Assembly: GCA_964016885.1 (NCBI GenBank)
Contig: OZ024741.1
Coordinates: 198,028,001 to 198,092,000, forward strand
Length of the DNA stretch: 64,000 bases
Origin: Eledone cirrhosa
Lineage: Eukaryota
Reading direction: 5' to 3'
Shown here: positions 23,631-36,577 of the stretch, piece after piece
Layout of the letters: the number at the start of each line of letters is the position of its first letter
Numbering within the stretch: the first letter of the stretch is position 1
Made by a program: the position numbers and the translations under genes
Notes under the pieces: generated by a model
Database searches by the model: none
What the model was told of the DNA's origin: nothing
Seen by the model: the letters and a program-made list of their open reading frames with translations, nothing else

Positions 23631-25140
23631 ACGATCTTAAGCTCTTCGGGAAGAGTGAGAAGGAGTTGGATGTGCTTGTTGACACTGTCCGTATTTTCAA
23701 CAATGATATATGTAGGCAATTTGGTATTAGTAAGTGTGGAGTCATTGTGATGAGGAGGGGTAAGTTGAGCAAAAGTAACGGAATCCAGATACCAACAGGT
23801 GAGATGATAAAGGAAATCGACTCTGAGGAAGGATACAAGTATTTGGGCGTTCTGGAGGCTGATGACATCAAGAACAAAAAAATGAAGGAATTGATAAGAA
23901 CTGAATACCTTCGGAGAGTAAGGAGCGTAATAAAGTCACATCTGAACAGTAGGAATGCCATAAGTGCAGTAAATTCCCGAGCTGTGTCTATTATTAGGTA
24001 CAGTGCGGGAATTCTGAGATGGAATGTTGCTGAACAAAAAGAAATGGATAGGAAGACTAGGAAGCTATTGACTATCTACAATATGTTCCACAAGAGGAGT
24101 GATGTCGATAGACTCTACTTAAGGAGATCTGAAGGTGGAAGAGGTCTTATCAGCATAGAGGACTGTGTTCAGATGGAGAAAAACAACCTACACAAATACG
24201 TGACTGATAGTAAGGAGCCAATGCTCAGAACTGTACTGAAGGAAAGGACAATGGGCCAGGGGATGTCCAAGGAGGAAATAACATCAAGGAGAAAGAGCAG
24301 CCTTCAGGAAAAATCCCTTCATAGTACCTTCTTTGAGAAAACTGAATTTAGAGATCCACAGACATGGAACTGGTTGAAAAGAGGAGACCTTAAAAAGGCT
24401 ACAGAAGGAATGTTAATGGCTGCGCAGGAGCAGGCCCTCAAAACGAAGTGGTTCAAACACCACATTTACAAGGAGGAGGCTAGCCCACTGTGCAGGATCT
24501 GTGGAGAGAGAGAGGAGACTGTGGTTCACATTGTATCCGAGTGTAAACACCTAGCCCAGACTCACTATAAGGGCTGGAGACATGATGTGATGGGCAGGGT
24601 GATCCACTGGTACCTATGCAAAGTAAACAATGTACCACATTCTGAGAAGTGGTATGAGCATAAGCCAGAGGCGGTGATAGAAAACGATCAGGTGAAGGTG
24701 CTGTGGGATTTAAGGATACAGACGGGCAAGAAACTGGAACACAATAGACCTGACCCGGTGGTTTTGGACAAAGAAAAAAGATCGTGCCTGATTGTGGATG
24801 TGGCCTGCCCATTCGACACGAGAGTGCAAGAGAAGGAGAGGGAGAAAATTAACCGATACCAGGACTTAAAGTGGGAGGTAAAAAGGATTTGGAACTGCCG
24901 TGAAGTCAAAGTGGTCCCGATTGTCATGGGCGCACTAGGTACTATCTCAAAAAGTTTCCAGGGATGGTTAAAGAAAATTGGCCCCTTCACGCTTTTTGGG
25001 ACGCTTCAAAAGGCATGCTTGCTGGGAACAGCAACAACCCTCCGATACGTCCAGAATATCTGAGGCTACAGGTAGTGGCTTGATATTCATTTCAACAAAC
25101 TTTCCAGTTAACTAACATCAATGACTGAGACTCAAAGATG
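23631..25140 (+). mobile_element. R4/Dong-type LINE family A, copy 1, 5'-truncated at the RT FMDD motif
   Basis: ORF 23618-25063 matches the C-terminal part of the 1130-aa ORF; 3' UTR then (TAA)n at 25141-25209. Confidence 0.9.
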
Positions 25141-25146
25141 AATAAC

Positions 25147-25209
<63 letters not shown>

Positions 25210-25914
25210 TTTTAACATATTTAAATCATTTGTGAAATAACAACTCTTAGTACAAATGCTACGTAAAGCACCCGGCTTGAGCCCCAAAAAATTCGGACCC
25301 AAAATATATTGTTATAAGGCTCAAATATTCAAATATTCAACTTTGTATTGTACACTGTATATCCTAAAAAAAAAAAAAAAAAAAATGGCTATAAATGGAA
25401 GAAGAAGAACCCCCCCCCTCCTCTCCTCTGGCTACACTATATAGGACAGCTAAACTCACCAACACCAGAAACTAGATACACCACCCACCCCATCATCTGT
25501 GTACACTAAACACAACAGCATTTTTACCTTCACCGCCACCGCTCACTACGGCCATCATTACCACCACTATCCCATCACCGCCGCCACCACCCCTTGACTC
25601 CTTCACTGCTGCTGCCACCGCTACAGCACCATCACTACAGTAATACGGTCGCATCACCGCCACCACTGCCTCGGTATCGACATCACCACCACCACTGTCT
25701 CAGTATCGCCAACGCCGCCAGTCTCTGCTGGCTGCCACTTCCACATTATAGAATTCCTACTACTAACAAAGAGGAAGGCATCAAAATATATAGATAGACT
25801 CAAAAGAAAAAAGAAAAAACAAACAACAAAACCAAAGCAACACAGCAACAACAGAAAAAAAAAAAAAAAAAAAAAAACGAGAAAAACGAACAGAGAAAAA
25901 CAAAAACAAAAAAA

Positions 25915-28900
25915 GAAACCCCAAAAACGTAAAGAAAATAAGAATGAAGAGAGAAGCAGGCGGACGGACAGAGAAGAGGGGGGAAAAAGTAAAACTTAAA
26001 AAACAAAAACTAAGTCAGACATTCGAATACTACATTACAATGAAACTTATGCTTATTCATTTTTGTGGCCCTTTCTGCCCGTGTGTTTGTTTGTTTATGT
26101 GTGTCCGTATACAGCGTGGTGATAATGCCACACAAGGGCCAAGTGGGATGGCGGATCCACAGATGGCTATGTAAACATACGTTCGCCAATCCTCGATAAG
26201 AGTGTTTAAATATCGAACATAAACAGTTCGAATAACGGTGAAATGGAGACTAGAACGTCATGTGACAGACTCTCACCCAACAGGTGCCCCCTGGCTCAGC
26301 AGCAGGAACCTGACTGTCAACCAAATACTGCTGATGTTGGAGGAAGAAGAAGAAGGAAAGGGGCCAGAACCAACTGGACGAAAGAATTGAATAGAACTGT
26401 TATGCAATGCTACCTGAAAAGTAACCCCAAGGAGAGGGGCTACAGGAGACGGATGCATAACATCTGGAACGAGATTGGTTTATTTAAATTAGATGAACAA
26501 AAATTGGCCGGGCAGGCTCGGGTAATAAGAACTAATGGGTGGATAAGCGAGCTGGAACTGGAGGAACTGAGCAGAGAGAATGGCTTGGAGATGGCGGGTG
26601 TAGTATGCCAGACAAGCGAGCCGGCGGGAAATGAAGGTGAGGAGGTCCTGAGAACGGAGGAACCACCCGAAGCAGACAATGATCTGAATACTGAGATAAA
26701 TAATCCCTGGAACAGAGATACGGCCACTGAGGAGATGAATGCTGACGGGCTAGGACAAGATTCGGTTGACATCCTAAATTTAGTGGTAGATGAGTTGAAC
26801 AATGATAGTGGGAGACCTATGAACCTAAGATTTGTAGACAGGAAAAAGTTAAAAGAAACAACAGCTAAGGTAAACAAAGTCATCCCATACCTTGAGGCGA
26901 GGTGTCTTCACCAGTGCAACAATATCCTCAAAGCAACAGCAAATACGGTGAGGAAACTACTTGGTATAGAAGCGAGAGGAAACAACAGACAAGAAAGAGC
27001 AGAGCCGTGGTGGAAGAAGCGACTGAGTGGGCAAATCGGGGAAATGAGAAATGACATAGGAAAGCTTGAGTCACTACTGAATGGGACACTAAAAAACATA
27101 GGCACTAAAAATAGACTGGAAATAAAATACAAAACTAGGAGTAAAAAGCTAAATATTATCATAGAGGAATTGAAGCAACGCATTGTAGCAAAGAGTGCCA
27201 AAATCAGGCGATACGAGAACAGAGTCAGTCAGTATAAACAGAACCGCATGTTCGACAACAACCAGAAGATGCTGTTTGGACAGCTTGAGGGGAAAGAAAG
27301 AGTCAACGACTTGTTCCCTGGGGCGGAACAAGCTAAAACATTCTGGAGAGGAATATGGGAGCAGGATGTTAGACACAATGCCCAGGCAGGGTGGATTGAG
27401 ACAGTACAGAGGGAGATCGGTGAGCAGGCACAACAACAGACTGATTTGAGTATCACAGTTGAAACTCTTAAGGGGCAAGCCAAAAAACTAACCAACTGGA
27501 AATCACCAGGCCCAGATGGTGTGCAGGGGTATTGGATTAAACATTTAACATCCCTCCACCCGAAGCTGACGGCCATGTTCAATGACTGCTTGGTGTCGGG
27601 TGAGGTGCCAGAGTGGTTGACAAAAGGTACCACAGTTCTGATAATGAAAGACCGAAGCAAGGGTAATGATGTTACCAACTATAGACCTATCACATGTCTG
27701 CCCGTAATGTGGAAACTGTTGACGAGCATTGTGTCTGAGGAAATCTACCATCACCTCCACACAAACAACTTGTTACCGGACGAACAGAAAGGATGCCGAA
27801 AGAAGTCACGTGGTACAAAGGACCAGTTGCTTATTGATAAGATGGTAATGGGGAATTGCAGGAGGAGACACACTGATCTTGCCATGGGATGGATAGACTA
27901 CAGAAAGGCATTTGACATGGTGCCTCATTCCTGGATCACCAAAAGCCTGGAGATCTTCAGGGTGGCAGATAACATCAGACAGTTGCTGGGCAGGAGTATG
28001 GGGTCCTGGGAGACAGAGTTGACATCAACTGGAGTATCCTTGGGAAGCGTGAAGATCAAGAGAGGTATCTTCCAGGGAGATAGCCTGTCCCCTCTGTTGT
28101 TTGTCCTTGCCCTGATGCCCTTGACCATTATGCTGCGAAAAGTGAGAGCAGGATACAAGTTGGGAAGGGGAGAGCTTACCATCAATCACCTCCTCTTCAT
28201 GGACGATCTTAAGCTCTTCGGGAAAAGTGAGAAGGAGTTGGATGTGCTTGTTGACACTGTCCGTATTTTCAGCAGTGATATATGTATGCAGTTTGGTATT
28301 GGTAAATGTGGAGTCATTGTGATGAGGAGGGGTAGGTTGAGCAGAAGTAACGGGATCCAGATACCAACAGGTGAGATGATAAAGGAAATTGACTCTGAGG
28401 AAGGATACAAGTATTTGGGCGTTCTGGCGGCTGATGGCATAAAGAACAAAAAAATGAAGGAATTGTTAAGAACTGAATACATTCGGAGAGTAAGGAGCGT
28501 ATTGAAGTCACATCTGAACAGCAGAAATGCCATAAGCGCAGTAAATTCCCGAGCTGTGTCTATTATTAGGTACAGTGCGGGAATTCTGAGATGGAATGTT
28601 GCTGAACAAAAAGAAATGGATAGGAAGACTAGGAAGCTATTGACTATCTACAACATGTTCCACAAGAGGAGTGATGTCGATAGACTCTACCTAAGGAGAT
28701 CTGAGGGTGGAAGAGGTCTTATCAGCATAGAGGACTGTGTTCAGATGGAGAAAAACAACCTATACAAATACGTGACCTATAGTAAGGAGCCAATGCTCAG
28801 AACTGTACTGAAGGAGGGGACAGTAGGCCAGGGGATATCCAAGGAGGAAATAACATCAAGGAGGAAGAGCAGCCTTAAGGGAAAATCCCTTCATAGTACC

Positions 28901-29710
28901 TTCTTTGAGAAAACTGAATTTAGAGATCCACAGACATGGAACTGGTTGAGAAGAGGAGACCTCAAAAAGGCTACAGAAGGAATGCTAATGGCTGCGCAGG
29001 AGCAGGCCCTCAAAACGAAGTGGTTGAAGCACCATATCTACAAGGAGGAGGCTAGCCCACTGTGCAGGATCTGTGGAGAGAGAGAGGAGACTGTGGCCCA
29101 CATTGTGTCCGAGTGTAAACACCTAGCCCAGACCCACTATAAGGGCTGGAGACACGATGTGATGGGCAGGGTGATCCACTGGCACCTGTGCAAAGTAAAC
29201 AATCTACCACATTCTGAGAAATGGTATGAGCATAGGCCAGAGGCGGTGATGGAGAACAGTCAGGTGAAGGTGCTGTGGGATTTTAGGATACAGACGGACA
29301 AAAAACTGGAACACAATAGACCTGACCTGGTGGTTGTGGACAAAGAAAAAAGATCGTGCCTGATTGTGGATGTGGCCTGCCCGTTCGACACGAGAGTGCA
29401 AGAGAAGGAGAGGGAGAAAATTAACCGATACCAGGACTTAAAGTGGGAGGTGAAAAGGATTTGGAATTGCCATGAAGTCAAAGTGATCCCGATTGTCATA
29501 GGCGCACTGGGGACTATCTCCAAAGGTTTCCAGGGATGGTTAAAGAAAATCGGCCCCTTCACGCTTTTTGGAACGCTTCAAAAGGCATGCTTGCTTGGAA
29601 CGGCAAGAACCCTCCGATACGTCCTGAATATCTGAGGCTGCAGGTAGTGGCTTGATATTCAATCCAACGGACTTTCCAGTTAACCAACATCAATGACTGA
29701 GATTCAAGGA
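25915..29710 (+). mobile_element. R4/Dong-type LINE family A, copy 2, full length
   Basis: 5' UTR shared with copy 3, single intact ORF, ~75-nt 3' UTR, (TAA)n tail. Confidence 0.92.
26243..29635 (+). CDS. RT + CCHC + restriction-like endonuclease polyprotein (1130 aa, intact)
   Basis: KSPGPDG, NYRPITCL, IDYRKAFDMVPH, FQGDSLSPLLF, FMDDLKL, YKYLG; CRIC..H..C; RHD, RPDLVVVD, VDVACP, KINRY. Confidence 0.93.
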   Translation: METRTSCDRLSPNRCPLAQQQEPDCQPNTADVGGRRRRKGARTNWTKELNRTVMQCYLKSNPKERGYRRRMHNIWNEIGLFKLDEQKLAGQARVIRTNGWISELELEELSRENGLEMAGVVCQTSEPAGNEGEEVLRTEEPPEADNDLNTEINNPWNRDTATEEMNADGLGQDSVDILNLVVDELNNDSGRPMNLRFVDRKKLKETTAKVNKVIPYLEARCLHQCNNILKATANTVRKLLGIEARGNNRQERAEPWWKKRLSGQIGEMRNDIGKLESLLNGTLKNIGTKNRLEIKYKTRSKKLNIIIEELKQRIVAKSAKIRRYENRVSQYKQNRMFDNNQKMLFGQLEGKERVNDLFPGAEQAKTFWRGIWEQDVRHNAQAGWIETVQREIGEQAQQQTDLSITVETLKGQAKKLTNWKSPGPDGVQGYWIKHLTSLHPKLTAMFNDCLVSGEVPEWLTKGTTVLIMKDRSKGNDVTNYRPITCLPVMWKLLTSIVSEEIYHHLHTNNLLPDEQKGCRKKSRGTKDQLLIDKMVMGNCRRRHTDLAMGWIDYRKAFDMVPHSWITKSLEIFRVADNIRQLLGRSMGSWETELTSTGVSLGSVKIKRGIFQGDSLSPLLFVLALMPLTIMLRKVRAGYKLGRGELTINHLLFMDDLKLFGKSEKELDVLVDTVRIFSSDICMQFGIGKCGVIVMRRGRLSRSNGIQIPTGEMIKEIDSEEGYKYLGVLAADGIKNKKMKELLRTEYIRRVRSVLKSHLNSRNAISAVNSRAVSIIRYSAGILRWNVAEQKEMDRKTRKLLTIYNMFHKRSDVDRLYLRRSEGGRGLISIEDCVQMEKNNLYKYVTYSKEPMLRTVLKEGTVGQGISKEEITSRRKSSLKGKSLHSTFFEKTEFRDPQTWNWLRRGDLKKATEGMLMAAQEQALKTKWLKHHIYKEEASPLCRICGEREETVAHIVSECKHLAQTHYKGWRHDVMGRVIHWHLCKVNNLPHSEKWYEHRPEAVMENSQVKVLWDFRIQTDKKLEHNRPDLVVVDKEKRSCLIVDVACPFDTRVQEKEREKINRYQDLKWEVKRIWNCHEVKVIPIVIGALGTISKGFQGWLKKIGPFTLFGTLQKACLLGTARTLRYVLNI

Positions 29711-29751
29711 ATAACAATAACAATAATAATAATAATAATAAAAAAATAAAA

Positions 29752-32700
29752 AAAAACCAAAAAACGTAAAGAAAATAAGAATGAAGAGAGAAGCAGGCGG
29801 ACGGACAGAGAAGAGGGGGGAAAAAGTAAAACTTAAAAAACAAAAACTAAGTCAGACATTCGAACACTACATTACAATGAAACTTATGCTTATTCATTTT
29901 TGGGGCCCTTTCTGCCTGTGTGTTTGTTTGTTTATGTGTGTTCGTATACAGCGTGGTGATAATGCCACACAAGGGCCAAGTGGAATGGCGGATCCACAGA
30001 TGGATATGTAACCATACATTCGCCAATCCTCGATAAGAGTGTTTAAATATCGAACATAAACAGTTCGAATAACGGTGAAATGGAGACTAGAACGTCATGT
30101 GACAGACTCTCACCCAACAGGTGCCCCCTGGCTCAGCAGCAGGAACCTGACTGTCAACCAAATACTGCTGATGTTGGAGGAAGGAGAAGAAGGAAAGGGG
30201 CCAGAACCAACTGGACGAAAGAATTGAATAGAACTGTTATGCAATGCTACCTGAAAAGTAACCCCAAGGAGAGGGGCTACAGGAGACGGATGCATAACAT
30301 CTGGAACGAGATTGGTTTATTTAAATTAGATGAACAAAAATTGGCCGGGCAGGCTCGGGTAATAAGAACTAATGGATGGATAAGCGAGCTGGAACTGGAG
30401 GAACTGAGCAGAGAGAATGGCTTGGAGATGGCGGGTGTAGTATGCCAGACAAGCGAGCCAGTGGGAAATGAAGGTGAAGAGGTCCTGAGAACGGAGGAAC
30501 CACCCGAAGCAGACAATGATCTGAATACTGAGATAAATAATCCCTGGAACAGAGATACGGCCACTGAGGAGATGAATGCTGACGGGCTAGGACAAGATTC
30601 GGTTGACATCCTAAATTTAGTGGTAGATGAATTGAACAATGATAGTGGGAGACCTATGAACCTAAAATTTGTAGACAGGAAAAAGTTAAAAGAAACAACA
30701 GCTAAGGTAAACAAAGTCATCCCATACCTTGAGGCGAGGAGCCTTCACCAGTGCAACAATATCCTCAAAGCAACAGCAAATACGGTGAGGAAACTACTTG
30801 GTATAAAAGCGAGAGGAAACAACAGACAAGAAAGAGCAGAGCCGTGGTGGAAGAAGCGACTGAGTGGGCAAATCGGGGAAATGAGAAATGACATAGGAAA
30901 GCTTGAGTCACTACTGAATGGGACACTAAAAAACATAGGCACTAAAAATAGACTGGAAATAAAATACAAAACTAGGAGGAAAAAGCTACATATTATCATA
31001 GAGGAACTGAAGCAACGCATTGTAGCAAAGAGTGCAAAAATTAGGCGATACGAGAACAGAGTCAGTCAGTATAAACAGAACCGCATGTTCGACAACAACA
31101 CGAAGATGCTGTTTCGACAGCTTGAGGGGAAAGAAAGAGGCAACGACTTGATCCCTGGGGCGGAGCAAACTAAAACATTCTGGAGAGGAATATGGGAGCA
31201 GGATGTTAGACACAATGCCCAGGCAGGGTGGATTGAGACAGTACAGAGGGAGATCGGTGAGCAGGCACACCAACAAACTGATTTGAGTATCACAGTTGAA
31301 ACTCTTAAGGGGCAGGCCAAAAAACTAACCAACTGGAAATCACCAGGCCCAGATGGTGTGCAGGGGTATTGGATTAAACATTTAACATCCCTCCACCCGA
31401 AGCTGACGGCCATGTTCAATGACTGCTTGGTGTCGGGTGAGGTGCCAGAGTGGTTGACAAAAGGTACCACAGTTCTGATAATGAAAGACCGAATCAAGGG
31501 TAATGATGTTACCAACTATAGACCTATCATATGTCTGTCCGTAATGTGGAAACTGTTGACGAGCATTGTGTCTGAGGAAATCTACCATCACCTCCACACA
31601 AACAACTTGTTACCGGACGAACAGAAAGGATGCCGAAAGAAGTCACGTGGTACAAAGGACCAGTTACTTATTGATAAGATGGTAATGGGGAATTGCAGGA
31701 GGAGACACACTGATCTTGCCATGGGATGGATAGACTACAGAAAGGCATTTGACATGGTGCCTCATTCCTGGATCACCAAAAGCCTGGAGATCTTCAGGGT
31801 GGCAGATAACATCAGACAGTTGCTAGGCAGGAGTATGGGGTGCTGGGAGACAGAGTTGACATCAACTGGAGTATCCTTGGGAAGCGTGAAGATCAAGAGA
31901 GGTATCTTCCAGGGAGATAGCCTGTCCCCTCTGTTGTTTGTCCTTGCCCTGATGCCCTTGACCATTATGCTGCGAAAAGTGAGAGCAGGATACAAGTTGG
32001 GAAGGGGAGAGCTTACCATCAATCACCTCCTCTTCATGGACGATCTTAAGCTCTTCGGGAAAAGTGAGAAGGAGTTGGATGTGCTTGTTGACACTGTCCG
32101 TATTTTCAGTAGTGATATATGTATGCAGTTTGGTATTGGTAAGTCATTGTGATGAAGAGGGGTAGGTTGAGCAGAAGTAACGGGATCCAGATACCAACAG
32201 GTGAGATGATAAAGGAAATTGACTCTGAGGAAGGATACAAGTATTTGGGCGTTCTGGAGGCTGATGGCATAAAGAACAAAAAAATGAAGGAATTGTTAAG
32301 AACTGAATACATTCGGAGAGTAAGGAGCGTATTGAAGTCACATCTGAACAGCAGAAATGCCATAAGCGCAGTAAATTCCCGAGCTGTGTCTATTATTAGG
32401 TACAGTGCGGGAATTCTGAGATGGAATGTTGCTGAACAAAAAGAAATGGATAGGAAGACTAGGAAGCTATTGACTATCTACAACATGTTCCACAAGAGGA
32501 GTGATGTCGATAGACTCTACCTAAGGAGATCTGAGGGTGGAAGAGGTCTTATCAGCATAGAGGACTGTGTTCAGATGGAGAAAAACAACCTATACAAATA
32601 CGTGACCTATAGTAAGGAGCCAATGCTCAGAACTGTACTGAAGGAGGGGACAGTAGGCCAGGGGATATCCAAGGAGGAAATAACATCAAGGAGGAAGAGC

Positions 32701-33540
32701 AGCCTTAAGGGAAAATCCCTTCATAGTACCTTCTTTGAGAAAACTGAATTTAGAGATCCACAGACATGGAACTGGTTGAGAAGAGGAGACCTCAAAAAGG
32801 CTACAGAAGGAATGCTAATGGCTGCGCAGGAGCAGGCCCTCAAAACGAAGTGGTTGAAGCACCATATCTACAAGGAGGAGGCTAGCCCACTGTGCAGGAT
32901 CTGTGGAGAGAGAGAGGAGACTGTGGCTCACATTGTGTCCGAGTGTAAACACCTAGCCCAGACCCACTATAAGGGCTGGAGACACGATGTGATGGGCAGG
33001 GTGATCCACTGGCACCTGTGCAAAGTAAACAATTTACCACATTCTGAGAAATGGTATGAGCATAGGCCAGAGGCGGTGATGGAGAACAATCAGGTGAAGG
33101 TGCTGTGGGATTTTAGGATACAGACGGACAAAAAACTGGAACACAATAGACCTGACCTGGTGGTTGTGGACAAAGAAAAAAATCGTGTCTGATTGTGGAT
33201 GTGGCCTGCCCGTTCGACACGAGAGTGCAAGAGAAGGAGAGGGAGAAAATTAACCGATACCAGGACCTAAAGTGGGAGGTGAAAAGGATTTGGAACTGCC
33301 ATGAAGTCAAAGTGATCCCGATTGTCATAGGCGCACTGGGGACTATCTCCAAAAGTTTCCAGGGATGGTTAAAGAAAATCGGCCCCTTCACGCTTTTTGG
33401 AACGCTTCAAAAGGCATGCTTGCTTGGAACAGCAAGAACCCTCCGATACGTCCTGAATATCTGAGGCTGCAGGTAGTGGCTTGATATTCAATCCAACGGA
33501 CTTTCCAGTTAACCAACATCAATGACTGAGATTCAAGGAA
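29752..33540 (+). mobile_element. R4/Dong-type LINE family A, copy 3, full length but frameshifted
   Basis: Relative to copy 2: 7-nt deletion (ATGTGGA) near 32142 and 1-nt deletion near 33182, splitting the ORF into three. (TAA)n at 33540-33579. Confidence 0.92.
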
Positions 33541-33547
33541 TAACAAC

Positions 33548-33580
<33 letters not shown>

Positions 33581-33582
33581 TA

Positions 33583-36520
33583 TTATGCATCGGCTAAAGT
33601 CACCACTCACTTATGTGGAGTGAAGATGAAAAAACAAAGGAATACCCACAAGAAATCTACTTGGCAAGAGAACATCAATCGCCAAATAAACCTTCTCCGA
33701 TCTGACATAAAAATGTTAACAAACTATAAAGTAGGTGAACATGTTAAACAAACTAAACTTAGAAAATTGAAAAAAAAGTACAGTATAAAATCAACATGTG
33801 ACATAGACATGCTGATAGAAATAATCAAGCAAAAAGTGTCGGCCAAAGCTGCTCGTATAAGGCGCTTTGAAAAACGATCTAGATTCTATAAGGACAATAA
33901 TATGTTCAAAAATAACCAAAGAAACTTCTACAGAAAAATTGGTAAGTCAACAATAACTGCTAAATCAATACCACCCAAGGAGGAAGTGCAAGAATTCTGG
34001 GAAAAGATCTGGGCCGAAGAAAAAGTTCATAACATACATGCCCCATGGATAGACAGACAAATGAAAGATACAGCTCACCTTGAGGAACAAATATGGGAAA
34101 ATATAACAGTTGAACAGTTGCGCTTGGCTCTAAGAAAACCAGCAAATGGAAATCCCCAGGAAAAGACAAAATATAAAACTTTTGGATAAATGCCTTCACA
34201 GAGTCTCATGAGCTGTTAGCCCAACTTTACAATGAAATAGTTAAGGAGCCAGAAAAGATACCATCATGGCTAGTTAACGGCATTACATTCCTGCTTCCGA
34301 AGAATGATGAGACAAACAATCTCAAAAATTACAGACCGATAACTTGCTTGACCACAATGTATAAAATTTTAACATCAGTCCTAACTGAATACACATATGA
34401 CCACCTGATAGCAAATGACCTATTTCCCATTGAGCAGAAAGGGTGTAAACGAGGCTCATATGGCTGTAAGGATCAGCTACTGGTTAACAAAATGATACTG
34501 GAAGATTGTCATAATAGACACACAAATCTATCGATTGCTTGGATAGATTATAAAAAAGCATTCGATAGTTTGCCACACAGTTGGATTTTCAAAATATCCC
34601 CCGTTGTCAGGGGGTTTTTGTCATTCAGTATGAAGACATGGAAAACGACACTCCTTTTGAATATTGAAACAAAATCATTGGAAGCTGGAGAAGTTAATAT
34701 TAATTGTGGAATTTTTCAGGGTGACTCTTTATCACCGCTTTTATTCTGCATCGCACTTATACCATTAAGTAAAATGCTCAATGAAACAAAACATGGATAT
34801 AAAGTCTATGACAAAACCATTAATCACTTGTTCTACATGGATGACCTGAAACTATTTGCAAAAAATGATGAACAATTGCAAGGGCTATTATCCACTGTGG
34901 AGCAGTTCAGTGATGACATTAAAATGGAGTTTGGACTAGATAAATGCGCCAAAGCAACGTTCACCAGAGGAAAGCTGCTGAAGAGTTCAGACATTAATCT
35001 TGATCGGGGGAACGTGATAAGAGAACTTGATCAAGAAAAAACTTACAAATATCTAGGTGTTTGTGAAGGAGACGGAATCAAGCACTCGACAATGAGGGAA
35101 AGGATAAGGAAGGAATGTTACCGCAGAGTAAGAGCAATCTTAAGAACGGAATTGAATGCAAGGAATAGGATCGATGCCATAAACACGCTTGCCATACCAG
35201 TAGTAACCTACAGTTACAATGTCATCAACTGGTCAAGCACAGAGATCCGTAGGCTCGATACAAAAATTCGAAAATTCTTAACCATGCATAGAATGCATCA
35301 CCCTAAGGCAGATATAGATAGAATATATCTCCCTAGGAAAGAAGGAGGACGTGGGTTAATCCAGTTAGACATTGCGTTGAAAACTGCAACAATTGGATTA
35401 TCTACATATCCAAGGGAATCACATGATTGGATGATCAAACTCGTTTTGAAACAGGAAAGCATCAAAAGATCGTATTCCATTACAAAAGATGCACAAAGAT
35501 ACAGTAATGGACTACAAATTTCAGAAGTCCCATTTACTGCTGAAATGGAAAACACAGAAAAAGCAAAGCAGGTAAAAGTAACTGCAAAGAAAGAATTGCT
35601 ACAGAAACTGGCTAAGAAATGGCAAGAAAAGCCTCTGTATGGAAAATACCCAGAGCGAGCTAACAATCCTGATGTTGACAAAACTTTAACCCATCAGTGG
35701 TTGGCATCCTCTGGACTGAAATCGGAGACTGAAGGACTGATTATATCAGCACAAGATCAGTGTCTGCCAACAAAAAATTATCAAGCCAACATAATAAAAA
35801 ATGGATGCAGCCCATTATGCCGTGTATGCAAAAAACAACCAGAGACCATTGACCATATAATTTCAATGTGCAGTCCTATAGTTCCAACCGAATACCTAAA
35901 CAGGCATGACAGAGCTGCACAATACATACATTGGATAATGTGTAAGCATTTTGACCTGCCCCATCAAAAGAATTGGTGGGAGCATCAACCACCTCCCATA
36001 CTTGAAAAAGAACAATCTTGTGGAACTTTAGCATCCAAACAGACCGAAAAATAGATGCAAATAGACCTGATATAATATTGAAGGACTTTAAAAAGAGGGT
36101 ATGCCTGCTAATTGATATGTCCGTTCCAATAGACAAGAATGTATCTATAAAAACATTTGAAAAATTGAGCAAGTATAAGGACCTGGAGATAGAAATTGGA
36201 AAAATGTGGAAATTGAGAACTAAAACAATACCAGTGGTTGTAGGCGCTCTAGGAATGATACCTAAGGGGTCTAATGATTACTTATCGCAAATCCCAGGAA
36301 ACCCGCGTATAGGAGAAATACAAAAGATAGTACTAATGGGAACTGCCCATATACTAAGGAAGATTCTGTCAATATAAGTACATCACAAGTCTAAACACTA
36401 AAGATGCATGTGTGAGTATGTATGTTCTTTCTTGAACATGGCCGACCTTGTTGTCTCTTGAGGTCACTGGTTGTGACTTGGTGATAACTCGTATGAACAT
36501 AAAGCAAGATAAATGCAACC

Positions 36521-36521
<1 letters not shown>
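33583..36521 (+). mobile_element. R4/Dong-type LINE family B, 5'-truncated and frameshifted
   Basis: ORF pieces 33620-34189, 34348-36054 and 36018-36377 with FQGDSLSPLLF, FYMDDLKL, CRVC..H..C, RHD, RPDIIL; homologous to but well diverged from family A. (TAA)n at 36522-36576. Confidence 0.9.

Positions 36522-36576
<55 letters not shown>

Positions 36577-36577
<1 letters not shown>

Noticed and set aside
26170-26242. HDV-like ribozyme in the R4/Dong 5' UTR (TCCTCG loop, TCGAAC/GTTCGA hairpin, TTCGCC/GGTGAA pairing)
   Set aside because: No P3, no GG for P1.1, no clear catalytic C, and the putative P1 is disrupted in copy 3. An RNAMotif/Infernal HDV search would settle it.
26273-33391. Many antisense ORFs over the LINE ORFs
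   Set aside because: Shadow frames of the long coding sequences, repeated only because the elements are duplicated.
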